This document shows positions 14,732-23,558 of a stretch of 64,000 nucleotides of DNA, in pieces. Source of the stretch: Candidatus Nanopelagicales bacterium (GTDB lineage: Bacteria; Actinomycetota; Actinomycetes; S36-B12; JBBRLC01); assembly GCA_038244765.1 (NCBI GenBank), contig JBBRTC010000004.1:6760-70759 (forward strand). The letters run 5' to 3'. The stretch's first letter is position 1, and the number at the start of each line of letters is the position of its first letter. The notes under the pieces were generated by a model, which worked only from the letters and a program-made list of their open reading frames with translations, had not been told where the DNA came from and made no database searches. The position numbers and the translations under genes are program-made.

Positions 14732-16555
14732 ATGAGCGTCACACCCACAACCGTCGATCATCGTGACGCCGCCGCCACCCGTGACGGCGTCGCGATTATC
14801 GAAGGTGTCGACTCGACCGCGACGGACCTCATCGGTTCGTCGTACGTCAACCTCCCAGCCGACACCGACGTACCGAGCCTGCCTACGGGGAGGGATCGGA
14901 CGACAGCCCGGGTCGGCGTACTCGCTGGGGAAGCGGTACGCCGGCCGGGTTGGATCTATCTCCTCCTGGTCACCTCCGCTCGAGTGTTGCTCGCCTTTGT
15001 GACCGGCATGATCTTGTGGGCCACGATCCCCGCGCTGATCGGTTGGCGCAGCGATGTGGTGCTGACCGGATCGATGGGGCCACGGATCAGTCCCGGCGAT
15101 GTCGTCGTGTCCGAACCCGTCCCCGCATCGTCGGTGCGGGCCGGTCAAGTCATCAGTTTTGACGATCCCAACGTCGCGAGCCGTACGGTGATCCACCGCA
15201 TTCGCTCGGTCAATCCCGACGGCACCCTGATCACTCGAGGCGATGCCAATCCCACGGACGACTCCCACCCAGTCGCATCCACAGCGATACATGGACTCGG
15301 ACGCTTGTGCGTTCGTTTCGTTGCATTACCCGTGGTGTGGGCGCGTGAGGGTGCGTTACTTCCACTGGGGCTGACGCTGTTCGTTCTTGTGAGCGCCATC
15401 GTGTTGGTGCTACGCGACCGAGACGACGATCTCCTCGACGAGAACTCAGAAGACGATGACGATCACGTCGACGACGTCGATGACCTCCATGACCTCGATG
15501 ACCTCGATGACCTCGATGACCTCGAGCCTCCGGACGCTAAGGCCGAGACTCCCAACGACGACGCAGACACCACTGCCAACGATGGCGGCGATCGGGTTGA
15601 GGACATCCAGCTCGAGAACGACGATGAGATCGACCACACGCGGTTGGTGACGTCGATGCTCAACTCAGCGCTCAATCGATTGACCATCGTGATCCGAATG
15701 ATTCGCGTACCGACCTTGCTTCGCATGTCCCCCATAGCCGCAACGTTCGCGGTGGCGATGGCGATGGCAGTCGTGTTGGGGGCGGCATTTTCGGCATTCG
15801 CCGCGACCGCGAGTGACGCGGGCAACGCGTGGAAGATTTCGCCGTACGCCCAATTCGGCGCCGGAACCTATGTCACCGAGGTCAACAACTCGGGGCCGCT
15901 GTTCTTCTACCGACTCAACGAAGCCTCCGGTACGACTGCGGCCGACGCTTCGGGGAGCGGCAATCCCGGCACGTATGTCGGGGGATGGAACTACGGCTTT
16001 TCGCCGCAACCTCTTCCACGCAACGTCGGCCTAGCGGTGTCATCGAAGAACAATACGTCGTGCATCGCGTCACCGGTTCAACTAAACAATCCGAAGAAGT
16101 ACTCGTACGAAATGTGGTTCAGAACCACATCCACGAGTGGCGGCAAGTTGGCCGCGTTCGAAGGAGCGCAAATCGGTACGTCGTCGAATTACGACCGCCA
16201 CCTCTATATGACCAACACTGGCAAACTCGTATTTGGTGTATGGCTGGGTTCTCCGACGGTCATCACGTCACCGCTGTCGTACAACGATGGGGCTTGGCAT
16301 CAAGCCGCCGTCACGATGGGAACGACCGGTGGAATGCAACTCTTCGTGGATGGATTTTCGGTAGTGACGAGTGCGAACACCGCCAGCGAAAACTTCAAGG
16401 GCTATTGGCGTTTCGGCTGCGGCTCCCTCGGTTCATGGCCGAACTATCCGACTGATCCGAGCTCGACCAACTTCGACGGCGCAATCGCTGACATCAGTGT
16501 CTACGCGGCCGAGCTCACTCCCACCGCAATCCGTACCCACTACTTCGCCGCCTAG
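14732..16555 (+). CDS. SipW-type signal peptidase I fused through an acidic linker to a second signal sequence and a LamG/ConA-like domain
   Basis: VLTGSMGP (Ser), VIHR (His), TRGDAN; then hydrophobic AAFSAFAATASDAGNAW; LamG motifs YRLNE, YEMWFRT, YDRHLY, NDGAWH, QLFVDG. Confidence 0.8.
   Translation: MSVTPTTVDHRDAAATRDGVAIIEGVDSTATDLIGSSYVNLPADTDVPSLPTGRDRTTARVGVLAGEAVRRPGWIYLLLVTSARVLLAFVTGMILWATIPALIGWRSDVVLTGSMGPRISPGDVVVSEPVPASSVRAGQVISFDDPNVASRTVIHRIRSVNPDGTLITRGDANPTDDSHPVASTAIHGLGRLCVRFVALPVVWAREGALLPLGLTLFVLVSAIVLVLRDRDDDLLDENSEDDDDHVDDVDDLHDLDDLDDLDDLEPPDAKAETPNDDADTTANDGGDRVEDIQLENDDEIDHTRLVTSMLNSALNRLTIVIRMIRVPTLLRMSPIAATFAVAMAMAVVLGAAFSAFAATASDAGNAWKISPYAQFGAGTYVTEVNNSGPLFFYRLNEASGTTAADASGSGNPGTYVGGWNYGFSPQPLPRNVGLAVSSKNNTSCIASPVQLNNPKKYSYEMWFRTTSTSGGKLAAFEGAQIGTSSNYDRHLYMTNTGKLVFGVWLGSPTVITSPLSYNDGAWHQAAVTMGTTGGMQLFVDGFSVVTSANTASENFKGYWRFGCGSLGSWPNYPTDPSSTNFDGAIADISVYAAELTPTAIRTHYFAA
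15479..15523 (+). repeat. Tandem 9-bp repeat (GATGACCTC) x5, one copy variant, encoding DDL
   Basis: gatgacctc catgacctc gatgacctc gatgacctc gatgacctc. Confidence 0.9.
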
Positions 16556-16570
16556 CCGTGGACGAAGTGG

Positions 16571-17380
16571 CTAAGGGAGGAGGAGAGTCAGACTCTGAAT
16601 TGCTGTTGTAGCGTCGGAAGCCGTACGCCAAGGACGCACGAGACTGTCCGGCGCAATTGCGGTGGGTGCTCCACGGTCCACCGAGTTGGGGGCGTCGGGG
16701 AGGGCTGCGTATTCGCCGGTACGCACGCGGATGGATCGCATCCCCAACCGCGCGGAGGCGAGTACGTCCTTATCCAGCCGATCTCCGATCATCACCGCGG
16801 CTGCGGGATCCACACCAATCAACGACAACGCGTGCTCCAGCGCGACCGGCGACGGCTTACGGGCGGATCGCCCCCCCAACTCATCCGAGATCACAATCGC
16901 GTCAACGCGCGCCCAAAGTCCCAGTGCCGCGATCTTGGTTCGCTGCACCCGCGGATCTCCATCGGTCACGATTGCGACGGGGACTCTGGCTCGCACAGTC
17001 ACGAGCGCATCAAACACGCCCGGGTATGGCGTCAACGATGACGGGCAATATCCCCGGAAGGCCGCGACAAGCAACGGCACGTAACGAGCCAACACACCGA
17101 TCGGTACACCGATCGTCAGCAACGCACGATCAACGATCCCACCTTTGTCACTCCCCTCGCGGGAAACATCGCCCAACGCATCACGCAGCCGCGACTCATC
17201 CAGCCCCAACCGCCCACCCGCTTCGGCTACTGCGTCCCACGCGCCAGCCAAGTACGCCGACTGCGGATAGATCGTGTCGTCGAGGTCGATAAGCACGCCT
17301 GACACAGGACACTCCACAAACGAATCCGGATCAGACAAACGCCCCGACTCCGACGCCGAGAACAGCACCGACGTGGTCAT
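16571..17380 (-). CDS. HAD-family hydrolase
   Basis: DLDDT motif I, VTDG, RKP, IGDRLDKD. Confidence 0.88.
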   Translation of the reverse strand: MTTSVLFSASESGRLSDPDSFVECPVSGVLIDLDDTIYPQSAYLAGAWDAVAEAGGRLGLDESRLRDALGDVSREGSDKGGIVDRALLTIGVPIGVLARYVPLLVAAFRGYCPSSLTPYPGVFDALVTVRARVPVAIVTDGDPRVQRTKIAALGLWARVDAIVISDELGGRSARKPSPVALEHALSLIGVDPAAAVMIGDRLDKDVLASARLGMRSIRVRTGEYAALPDAPNSVDRGAPTAIAPDSLVRPWRTASDATTAIQSLTLLLP

Positions 17381-18606
17381 GCGACACCTCGTCGTTCCAC
17401 CATGCCGAGCGGCACGCCGCGAAACGCGGCAAACCCCGGCTTCGACGCGTCCATGACCTCAGCGACTTCCGCAGGAATCGCGTGAAGCAGCTCGGGCTCG
17501 ACCGGAACCAACATACTCAACAACTCTTCGTCAGCCAACGCATCGCACACGCGTTCTCCCGTGCTTCCATCACCGTACGGACACGAAAGGGAACTCACTC
17601 GCCGCTGTACATGCGCGCCAGCCAATCGCCGCGCGGCCGCGAGCACGCGCGGAGCATCGACACCGGTCAGCTCGGCAGCGCCGGAAACGACACCCTCCCA
17701 ACGCGGAGTCGTGTGTCGCATCACCACCACCGGCACACCGAGATACGACGCCTCTTCTTGCAACCCTCCTGAGTCCGTCACGCATACGACCGACGACGCA
17801 AGTCGATCCAACAAGGAGCGGTATGGCAATGGGTCAACCATCGTCAGTCCCGACAAGTCGCGCAGTCCACGCCACAAACCCGCCGCCTCCAAGCGAGTGC
17901 GAGTGCGCGGATGGACAGGGAAGAGCACGAGACCGTGATCCTCAACGAGCCCACGCAGAATCTGCTCGAGAACGAGCAACCGCTGTGCATCATCAACATT
18001 CGTCGCACGGTGGGCGGTAAACAAAACCCCACGACGATTCGCGGGAGACGTGGGCACAACCCCGCTCGAGACGATCGCATCGATTACTGGGTTGCCGACG
18101 ACGCGGATACGAGCCGCCATCACACCTTCGCGTTCAAGCAGCCCAGCGGCCAAGTCAGTCGGTGCCAAGTGCACGGTCGCCAACGCGGCCATCGATCGCC
18201 GATTAACCTCTTCCAACGACCTCGGATTGAACGAGCGCAATCCCGCCTCAAGATGAATCACGCCGATTCCATGACGACGGGCAGCGAGCGCCAGCAGCGG
18301 TGCACTGCTCGTGTCACCGAGCACCATGAGCGCATCCGGGCGGTCGATGCAGAACTCGTCGTACGAGTGGGCCAATAAAGCTCCCACACGATCACTCTCA
18401 CCGTGCTCGGGCAAGATCCACACGACATCCGGCTGACAGCCCAGTTCACGAAAGAGATCGCCAGCCAATCGCGGGTCACTGTGCTGACCGGTCGCGATCA
18501 CACGGATGGAATGCCCCGCAGCTCTTAACGCGGAGACCACAGGTGCCAGTTTCACGACCTCGGGCCGGGTACCGATTGCGACTGTCAGCCGAAGTGAGTT
18601 GCTCAT
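17377..18606 (-). CDS. wecB: UDP-N-acetylglucosamine 2-epimerase (non-hydrolysing)
   Basis: GTRPE, TGQH, GDT, HLEAGLRS, TDSGGLQEEA, PYGDG. Confidence 0.9.
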   Translation of the reverse strand: MSNSLRLTVAIGTRPEVVKLAPVVSALRAAGHSIRVIATGQHSDPRLAGDLFRELGCQPDVVWILPEHGESDRVGALLAHSYDEFCIDRPDALMVLGDTSSAPLLALAARRHGIGVIHLEAGLRSFNPRSLEEVNRRSMAALATVHLAPTDLAAGLLEREGVMAARIRVVGNPVIDAIVSSGVVPTSPANRRGVLFTAHRATNVDDAQRLLVLEQILRGLVEDHGLVLFPVHPRTRTRLEAAGLWRGLRDLSGLTMVDPLPYRSLLDRLASSVVCVTDSGGLQEEASYLGVPVVVMRHTTPRWEGVVSGAAELTGVDAPRVLAAARRLAGAHVQRRVSSLSCPYGDGSTGERVCDALADEELLSMLVPVEPELLHAIPAEVAEVMDASKPGFAAFRGVPLGMVERRGVA

Positions 18607-20168
18607 CCGACGTAGACCTCCTCGAAGTGGCGCAGCATGGTGACCCCGTTGCGATGAACGAGTCGCTCCGGTCGCACAGGAAGATGAAGCAACAGACGGA
18701 CGTACTCACCAACGAGATCCGCACCCGCGTACAACGAGAGCGGCAGCCCACCAGAAAATCGCGGATTGACCTCGATGATGCAGACGCTCCCGTCGTCAGA
18801 GACGAAACCCTGAACATTGGCCGGACCAATGTGATCGACTGACTTCAAGGTCCGTTCACATGCGGTGCGCACCTCCGCGTCGTCGAACGTACGACCCTTC
18901 GTCGAAATGCCCGCCTTCGTCTCAAGTCGCCATCTCGGCACCACCGCAAGTGCGGCGCCGGTGGCGTCGACCAAACAGTCCGCGGTGAACTCGCGCCCGA
19001 TACATCGATGCTGTACCAACGGATTTGGTGTTACCGCGATCGCGTACGGCAGGTAGTCGGCGCGATCGACCAGGTGGACGTCGCGACTCCCCCGGCCGCT
19101 TCGTGGCTTCACGACCCACGGCCCGCCAATTCCGTTGGCAGTACCGAGTCCGGTCGCCGGTGTGTTGACCCCGGCAGCACTCAGGGCCCCGAAGAACAAC
19201 CACTTATCCGCGCAACGCGCGGCGGTTGCACTGTCGGGAAGCAACGTCGCAACACCAAGAGCCTCGAGTCGATCCCGAATTGCGTCGATAGCGGCGTACT
19301 CCTCGACCACAGTTGCGATCAGCGCTTGCACCCCATGCGCGGCTGCGATCCGCAGAAGCTCCGGACCGTACGTCGGATCGTCCCAACGAGGTCCCACGAC
19401 ACCGACCGACGCCAGTCTTAAGCCAACCGCCATCGGATCCGCGTCGAACCCAATAGTCCGATGCCCCGCCCGATTCAGTGCTCGAATGACGGCAACTCCT
19501 GCAGGCCCCCCAGCGCCAGTCACGAGAATCACGGTGCGTGGCGTGCCGTCTTGCGTGGTCAAGGCTGTCTCGTCAGCGGCGGATTTTCGGGGTGCGCCGG
19601 GAACCGACACCCGTTGTGCGGCATCGGAATTGGCGAGCGTAACGCGATCGAGTAAGTTCGATTCGCCTGCGACCGACGGCATGGGCGGAACGTGGATATC
19701 AGACGGCAACGACCCAAACGCAACGTGCGGGCGAAGTGAGTCACTGGGCTCCTTGCTGGACTCAAGACCTTCGAGCCGCAATGCCGGATGCGCCTCGAGA
19801 TAGGCGCGCGCCCACACTCGGAGTTCTGCCAACGAACGCGACGACGAGGGCTCCCAGGCGTGGCCCGCGACGGCACGTGCCACGACGTCGAGGACACCAG
19901 GTTCGATTTCCACGGAGATCATGTCGACGATGTGAGAAGCCGTCGCATCGAGACCAACAACCACCGCAACGTCAACTGAACCAGCTCGCGTCAGCGGGTT
20001 TGCCGACTTCAGCCCCACGATGGCACGCCGAATGCGATGGCGATATCGCCATTCACGCACACTAAGGAGTACGCCCAGCACGACGAGTGCGCCGAGAAGA
20101 ATGTGACCGGGATGTCTGGAGGTCAGTAGATCGACACTCTCCATCGACGCCAGGGGCGGATACGTCAT
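18603..20168 (-). CDS. ATP-grasp domain protein with an N-terminal TM and a HEAT-like helical region
   Basis: ATG overlaps the upstream stop (TGATG); TM ILLGALVVLGVLLSV; LVTGAGG, DK, VKPRSGRGS, IIEVNPRFSGG. Confidence 0.82.
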   Translation of the reverse strand: MTYPPLASMESVDLLTSRHPGHILLGALVVLGVLLSVREWRYRHRIRRAIVGLKSANPLTRAGSVDVAVVVGLDATASHIVDMISVEIEPGVLDVVARAVAGHAWEPSSSRSLAELRVWARAYLEAHPALRLEGLESSKEPSDSLRPHVAFGSLPSDIHVPPMPSVAGESNLLDRVTLANSDAAQRVSVPGAPRKSAADETALTTQDGTPRTVILVTGAGGPAGVAVIRALNRAGHRTIGFDADPMAVGLRLASVGVVGPRWDDPTYGPELLRIAAAHGVQALIATVVEEYAAIDAIRDRLEALGVATLLPDSATAARCADKWLFFGALSAAGVNTPATGLGTANGIGGPWVVKPRSGRGSRDVHLVDRADYLPYAIAVTPNPLVQHRCIGREFTADCLVDATGAALAVVPRWRLETKAGISTKGRTFDDAEVRTACERTLKSVDHIGPANVQGFVSDDGSVCIIEVNPRFSGGLPLSLYAGADLVGEYVRLLLHLPVRPERLVHRNGVTMLRHFEEVYVG

Positions 20169-20701
20169 CACAGCGCGGCCGCCGCATCTGCTCCGACATT
20201 TCCGGCGTGCTTGGGCATCAGAATCCAGAGCATCAGGAAGAACCCGAGCAGCGTGTAGAGCAATGCGCAGACGGTTCCAACCCAGTCGTGCAGCAGAGTT
20301 AGGCCCGATGGACCGAAGGTCGCGCCGCCGACAAGGGCGAGCGCAATGCGCAACACATTTCCCACAAACACCGCGGTCGCACCAACAGCGAAGGCACCCA
20401 TTCGTCGACCAAAGCGCCCCGGTAAGACCCACACTGCGACCGAAAGCAAGGTCGCGATGACGACCGCTGAGGAACAGTACGGCGTGAGTTGCGCGCGGAA
20501 CGGCCACTGGGCGCGTCCGGGCAGAATCTGGAACTGGTAGTCACTCTCGACCGAGGAGTTCAACCCGGCGAGATGGCTCAGATCCAGCGCGATCGCCGCT
20601 TCTAACAAGCGGATAGGCGTCGAGAAGAGGTAGACGCCCACCACAACGAGAAGGATCGTCGCAGCGACGGTGCCATACGTGATTGTTCGTCGTTGAATCA
20701 C
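20168..20701 (-). CDS. Exosortase/archaeosortase-family protein (minimal, 177 aa)
   Basis: Triad-like motifs in order TPYCSS (Cys), GNVLRI (Arg), LLHDWVG (His) in a multi-TM protein; GTG start overlaps the GT2 stop (GTGA). Confidence 0.85.
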   Translation of the reverse strand: MIQRRTITYGTVAATILLVVVGVYLFSTPIRLLEAAIALDLSHLAGLNSSVESDYQFQILPGRAQWPFRAQLTPYCSSAVVIATLLSVAVWVLPGRFGRRMGAFAVGATAVFVGNVLRIALALVGGATFGPSGLTLLHDWVGTVCALLYTLLGFFLMLWILMPKHAGNVGADAAAAL

Positions 20702-22134
20702 GACACGACCCCGGGCTGCCAGGACGTACGCGCGGTTTTCGACCACGTGTATGGCCGACCGAGCATGCCGTCGAGCCACGCCTTCGAGCAGATCCCCATG
20801 AAGATGACAAAGAGTGGCGTGAGCCACAGCAACGCCCACGCGGATCGGCGCGGCGCCTTGCCGACCAGCAATCCCACCGCGAGTTCGCAATATGGCCCGA
20901 CGAAGAGCAACGCAGCCAGTGGCAGAAGTTCAACCATGGTCACGTTCGGTCCGATTCCCATGATCCGCATCAGGGTCATTGCCAAGCTCGCCATGCACAG
21001 CACCGGTACGTGATACACGAGCAAGAACAGCAGAGTTTCCCAGCGACCGGCGGCGTCAAGGTACGGCGTACGCATGACACCCGATCGGTAGTCGCGCCAC
21101 ACCTGCTGGTGCCCACGCGCCCAGCGATAGCGCTGCTTGACGAAGCGCGATAGCGACCCGACGGCTTCTTCGGTGTCGACGGCCGTGATGTCGTAGCGGA
21201 TCCGGCCCCCGCGCAGGAGGACCCGCAGGGTGAGGTCGGTGTCTTCAGTCACACTTTCGTGATTCCACCCGCCCAGCGACGCCAGAGTCGAACGGCGTAC
21301 TGCGCAGTTCGCTCCGCCGTAGGCAGGCAATCCATAGAGCGCCTGCCTCCCGTATTCATTGACGAGGTAGCCGGAGAAATAGTCGATGGCGATTGCGCGG
21401 GCCAAGGTGGATTCCAACGCATTGCGCACGACGCATCGACCTTGGACCGCATCCACGAGTGGGTCGATGAAATGCCGCGCCAATCGAGCGACGGAGTTGG
21501 GTTCGGGAATGTGGTCAGCGTCGAAGATCACCACTACCTCGCCGGTGACTTGCGACAGGGCCGCGTTGAGCGCCCCTGACTTTCCACCCCCAGCACCAGC
21601 CCCTCGGTGCAGGACCTCGATCCCCGCCAGATCCGTGGTGAGTTCGTCGAGTCGCGCGCCCGTGCTGTCGCTCGATCCATCGTCAATGAGGATGACTTGA
21701 AGAAGTTTCCTCGGATAAATGAGCCGATCGAGTCCGGTGACCAGCGCGGCCACGACCTTTTCTTCGTTGTGGCACGCCACGAGAATCGACACTCGTGGTT
21801 GATAAGTCAGGCCCACGCGCCCAGCATCGTCCACGTCACGTCCGGCCCAACGAGATGCCGAGATCGCGAACGCGCAATGACGAACGAAGAAGATCACGAA
21901 GACCAAATTGATTGTGGCCATGATCGCGATGACCACCGGATCCACACCGAATGCAACGACGGAACACCCAATCGCACAAGGGACGCCCATCAAGAAGGCA
22001 ATATGCGGTCGGGGTCCAGCGCTGGTGGGCAAAAAACGGCGTACGGCCACACTGCGGTGTTGCATCGGTGCGCACGACGCACTAAGCGACCCCGCAGTCG
22101 GGGGCGCGAAGATGCGCGGAGTGGGGGCAGACAC
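20698..22134 (-). CDS. Processive GT2 glycosyltransferase (IcaA/PgaC/cellulose-synthase-like)
   Basis: HNEE, DDGSSD, GKSGALN, FDAD, TED, QRYRW, flanking TM helices. Confidence 0.9.
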   Translation of the reverse strand: MSAPTPRIFAPPTAGSLSASCAPMQHRSVAVRRFLPTSAGPRPHIAFLMGVPCAIGCSVVAFGVDPVVIAIMATINLVFVIFFVRHCAFAISASRWAGRDVDDAGRVGLTYQPRVSILVACHNEEKVVAALVTGLDRLIYPRKLLQVILIDDGSSDSTGARLDELTTDLAGIEVLHRGAGAGGGKSGALNAALSQVTGEVVVIFDADHIPEPNSVARLARHFIDPLVDAVQGRCVVRNALESTLARAIAIDYFSGYLVNEYGRQALYGLPAYGGANCAVRRSTLASLGGWNHESVTEDTDLTLRVLLRGGRIRYDITAVDTEEAVGSLSRFVKQRYRWARGHQQVWRDYRSGVMRTPYLDAAGRWETLLFLLVYHVPVLCMASLAMTLMRIMGIGPNVTMVELLPLAALLFVGPYCELAVGLLVGKAPRRSAWALLWLTPLFVIFMGICSKAWLDGMLGRPYTWSKTARTSWQPGVVS

Positions 22135-22160
22135 GGGAAGTCAGGTCGCTGATTCAGTCG

Positions 22161-22874
22161 CTAGAGACCGGCCGCGGGAACGTGGACCGAGACGGGCATT
22201 GCGGCGTACGCGTTGGTTGATCGCAACGACGTGGCAACCGACAATCGAGGAGCCCGGGTTGCAACGCCGGCCGGATCCCACAGAAAACGGGGTGATTCGA
22301 ACGCTTCGGCGTGGACGACGCGCGCACGCTGACCCCAGTAACGAGCTCCGGCACGGATGGCATCCAGTTCGATCATTTCGCAGCCCAACACTTGCGAGCG
22401 GTGCTCGAGCAACGCGTCAATTTTGAGGTCCAACGATTCGGTGATGTCCACAAAAACGTTGGGGTCGAAGCTCGTCGTCGATGGGGCTTGGTAACACAGA
22501 ACGCGTTGCGTGCGCCGGCCAGCCGCGATTGAAGCCCGGGCCGTGGCGACGTGATCCTGATGGCTGTCGTTGGGGCTGTGGGTATAGACGACGTCGATGT
22601 CGTAGCGGGATAGCACCGAGTCAATCACCGAGACGGTCTCTGGGCCATTCGGGATCACCCCGTCATCGAAGCCTGCCCAAATTAAATCCGCGTCGAGCAA
22701 TTTCGCGGCATGCTCTTGCTCCTCGACCCGACTTTCGCCATTCATTTGGCCGCGCTCGCCCATGGTCATCACGAGCATGAACACGCGGTGTCCGGAATCG
22801 CGGTGGCGAGCCAACGCACCGGCGCACCCCAACTCAATGTCATCGGGATGAGCCCCAATTGCGAGGACGTTCAT
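22161..22874 (-). CDS. PIG-L/LmbE-family de-N-acetylase
   Basis: AHPDD, HQDH, H.SQ motifs. Confidence 0.9.
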   Translation of the reverse strand: MNVLAIGAHPDDIELGCAGALARHRDSGHRVFMLVMTMGERGQMNGESRVEEQEHAAKLLDADLIWAGFDDGVIPNGPETVSVIDSVLSRYDIDVVYTHSPNDSHQDHVATARASIAAGRRTQRVLCYQAPSTTSFDPNVFVDITESLDLKIDALLEHRSQVLGCEMIELDAIRAGARYWGQRARVVHAEAFESPRFLWDPAGVATRAPRLSVATSLRSTNAYAAMPVSVHVPAAGL

Positions 22875-23446
22875 GAGGAGACCCCGGCGTCCGCGGGCGT
22901 CCGCCTATCAGCCGCTGTCACAGACGGGAGCGACGTACGCCTGCGACGGACGAACAATCCCACCACCAAGATCGCGCCGGCGCCCAACACGAGAGCACGC
23001 GCATCACCGAATGCGGTAACCGGCTTTGTTGCGCACTTGCGCGTCGTGGTTCGAGCTGTGACGGTCCGGGTGCCGATCTTCCAGGCAATCGTGGTCGTGC
23101 CGGTCGTGAAGAACGTCCCCTTCTTGTGGCCTTTGGGGATCAACATCGGTTGCGCGCGATTGGCCGGAGCCGGAGTGATCGCATTCGTGGGGCCGTAAGG
23201 GAAGCCCGTCTCTTCGGTACCCGTGTTGTTCGTCCCGAACAGCGCGGTGAACGTCCCGTCACCGTTGAGCCACACGCACTCGACGACGGGTCTGGTCCTC
23301 GTACACGAGGCGTTAGTCGGCGTCACCGAACAATCAACAGCAGCCAAGGCCGGTGACGATCCCGCGACGACGATCCCGCCCATCATCAACGACACAGCCG
23401 CGACAGCGCGCATGACGCGACTGCCACGAGAGGTACTCCCGCGCAT
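22871..23446 (-). CDS. Secreted protein with a C-terminal tripartite sorting signal; candidate exosortase target
   Basis: Signal peptide ending PALA; PVVECV..NGDGTFTALFG domain; C-terminal KPVTAFGD + TM + RRRR; ATG after GGAGGG. Confidence 0.75.
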   Translation of the reverse strand: MRGSTSRGSRVMRAVAAVSLMMGGIVVAGSSPALAAVDCSVTPTNASCTRTRPVVECVWLNGDGTFTALFGTNNTGTEETGFPYGPTNAITPAPANRAQPMLIPKGHKKGTFFTTGTTTIAWKIGTRTVTARTTTRKCATKPVTAFGDARALVLGAGAILVVGLFVRRRRTSLPSVTAADRRTPADAGVSS

Positions 23447-23558
23447 GACGAACCCTCCGGTAGCCCGCGGTTCGAGCACCCAGTTGGCGCAGCGACTCGC
23501 AGTGACGTACTTCCGAGAGGCCTCGGTCCCCTGACCTGAGCACTCTCGCTCAGGTGAT

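Noticed and set aside
20168-20890. Extended starts for the exosortase (20890) and the ATP-grasp protein (20507)
   Set aside because: They overlap upstream genes; coupled starts at 20701 and 20168 fit better. The same applies to hom (32364), cysG (53294), cysH (48961) and cysD (49674)
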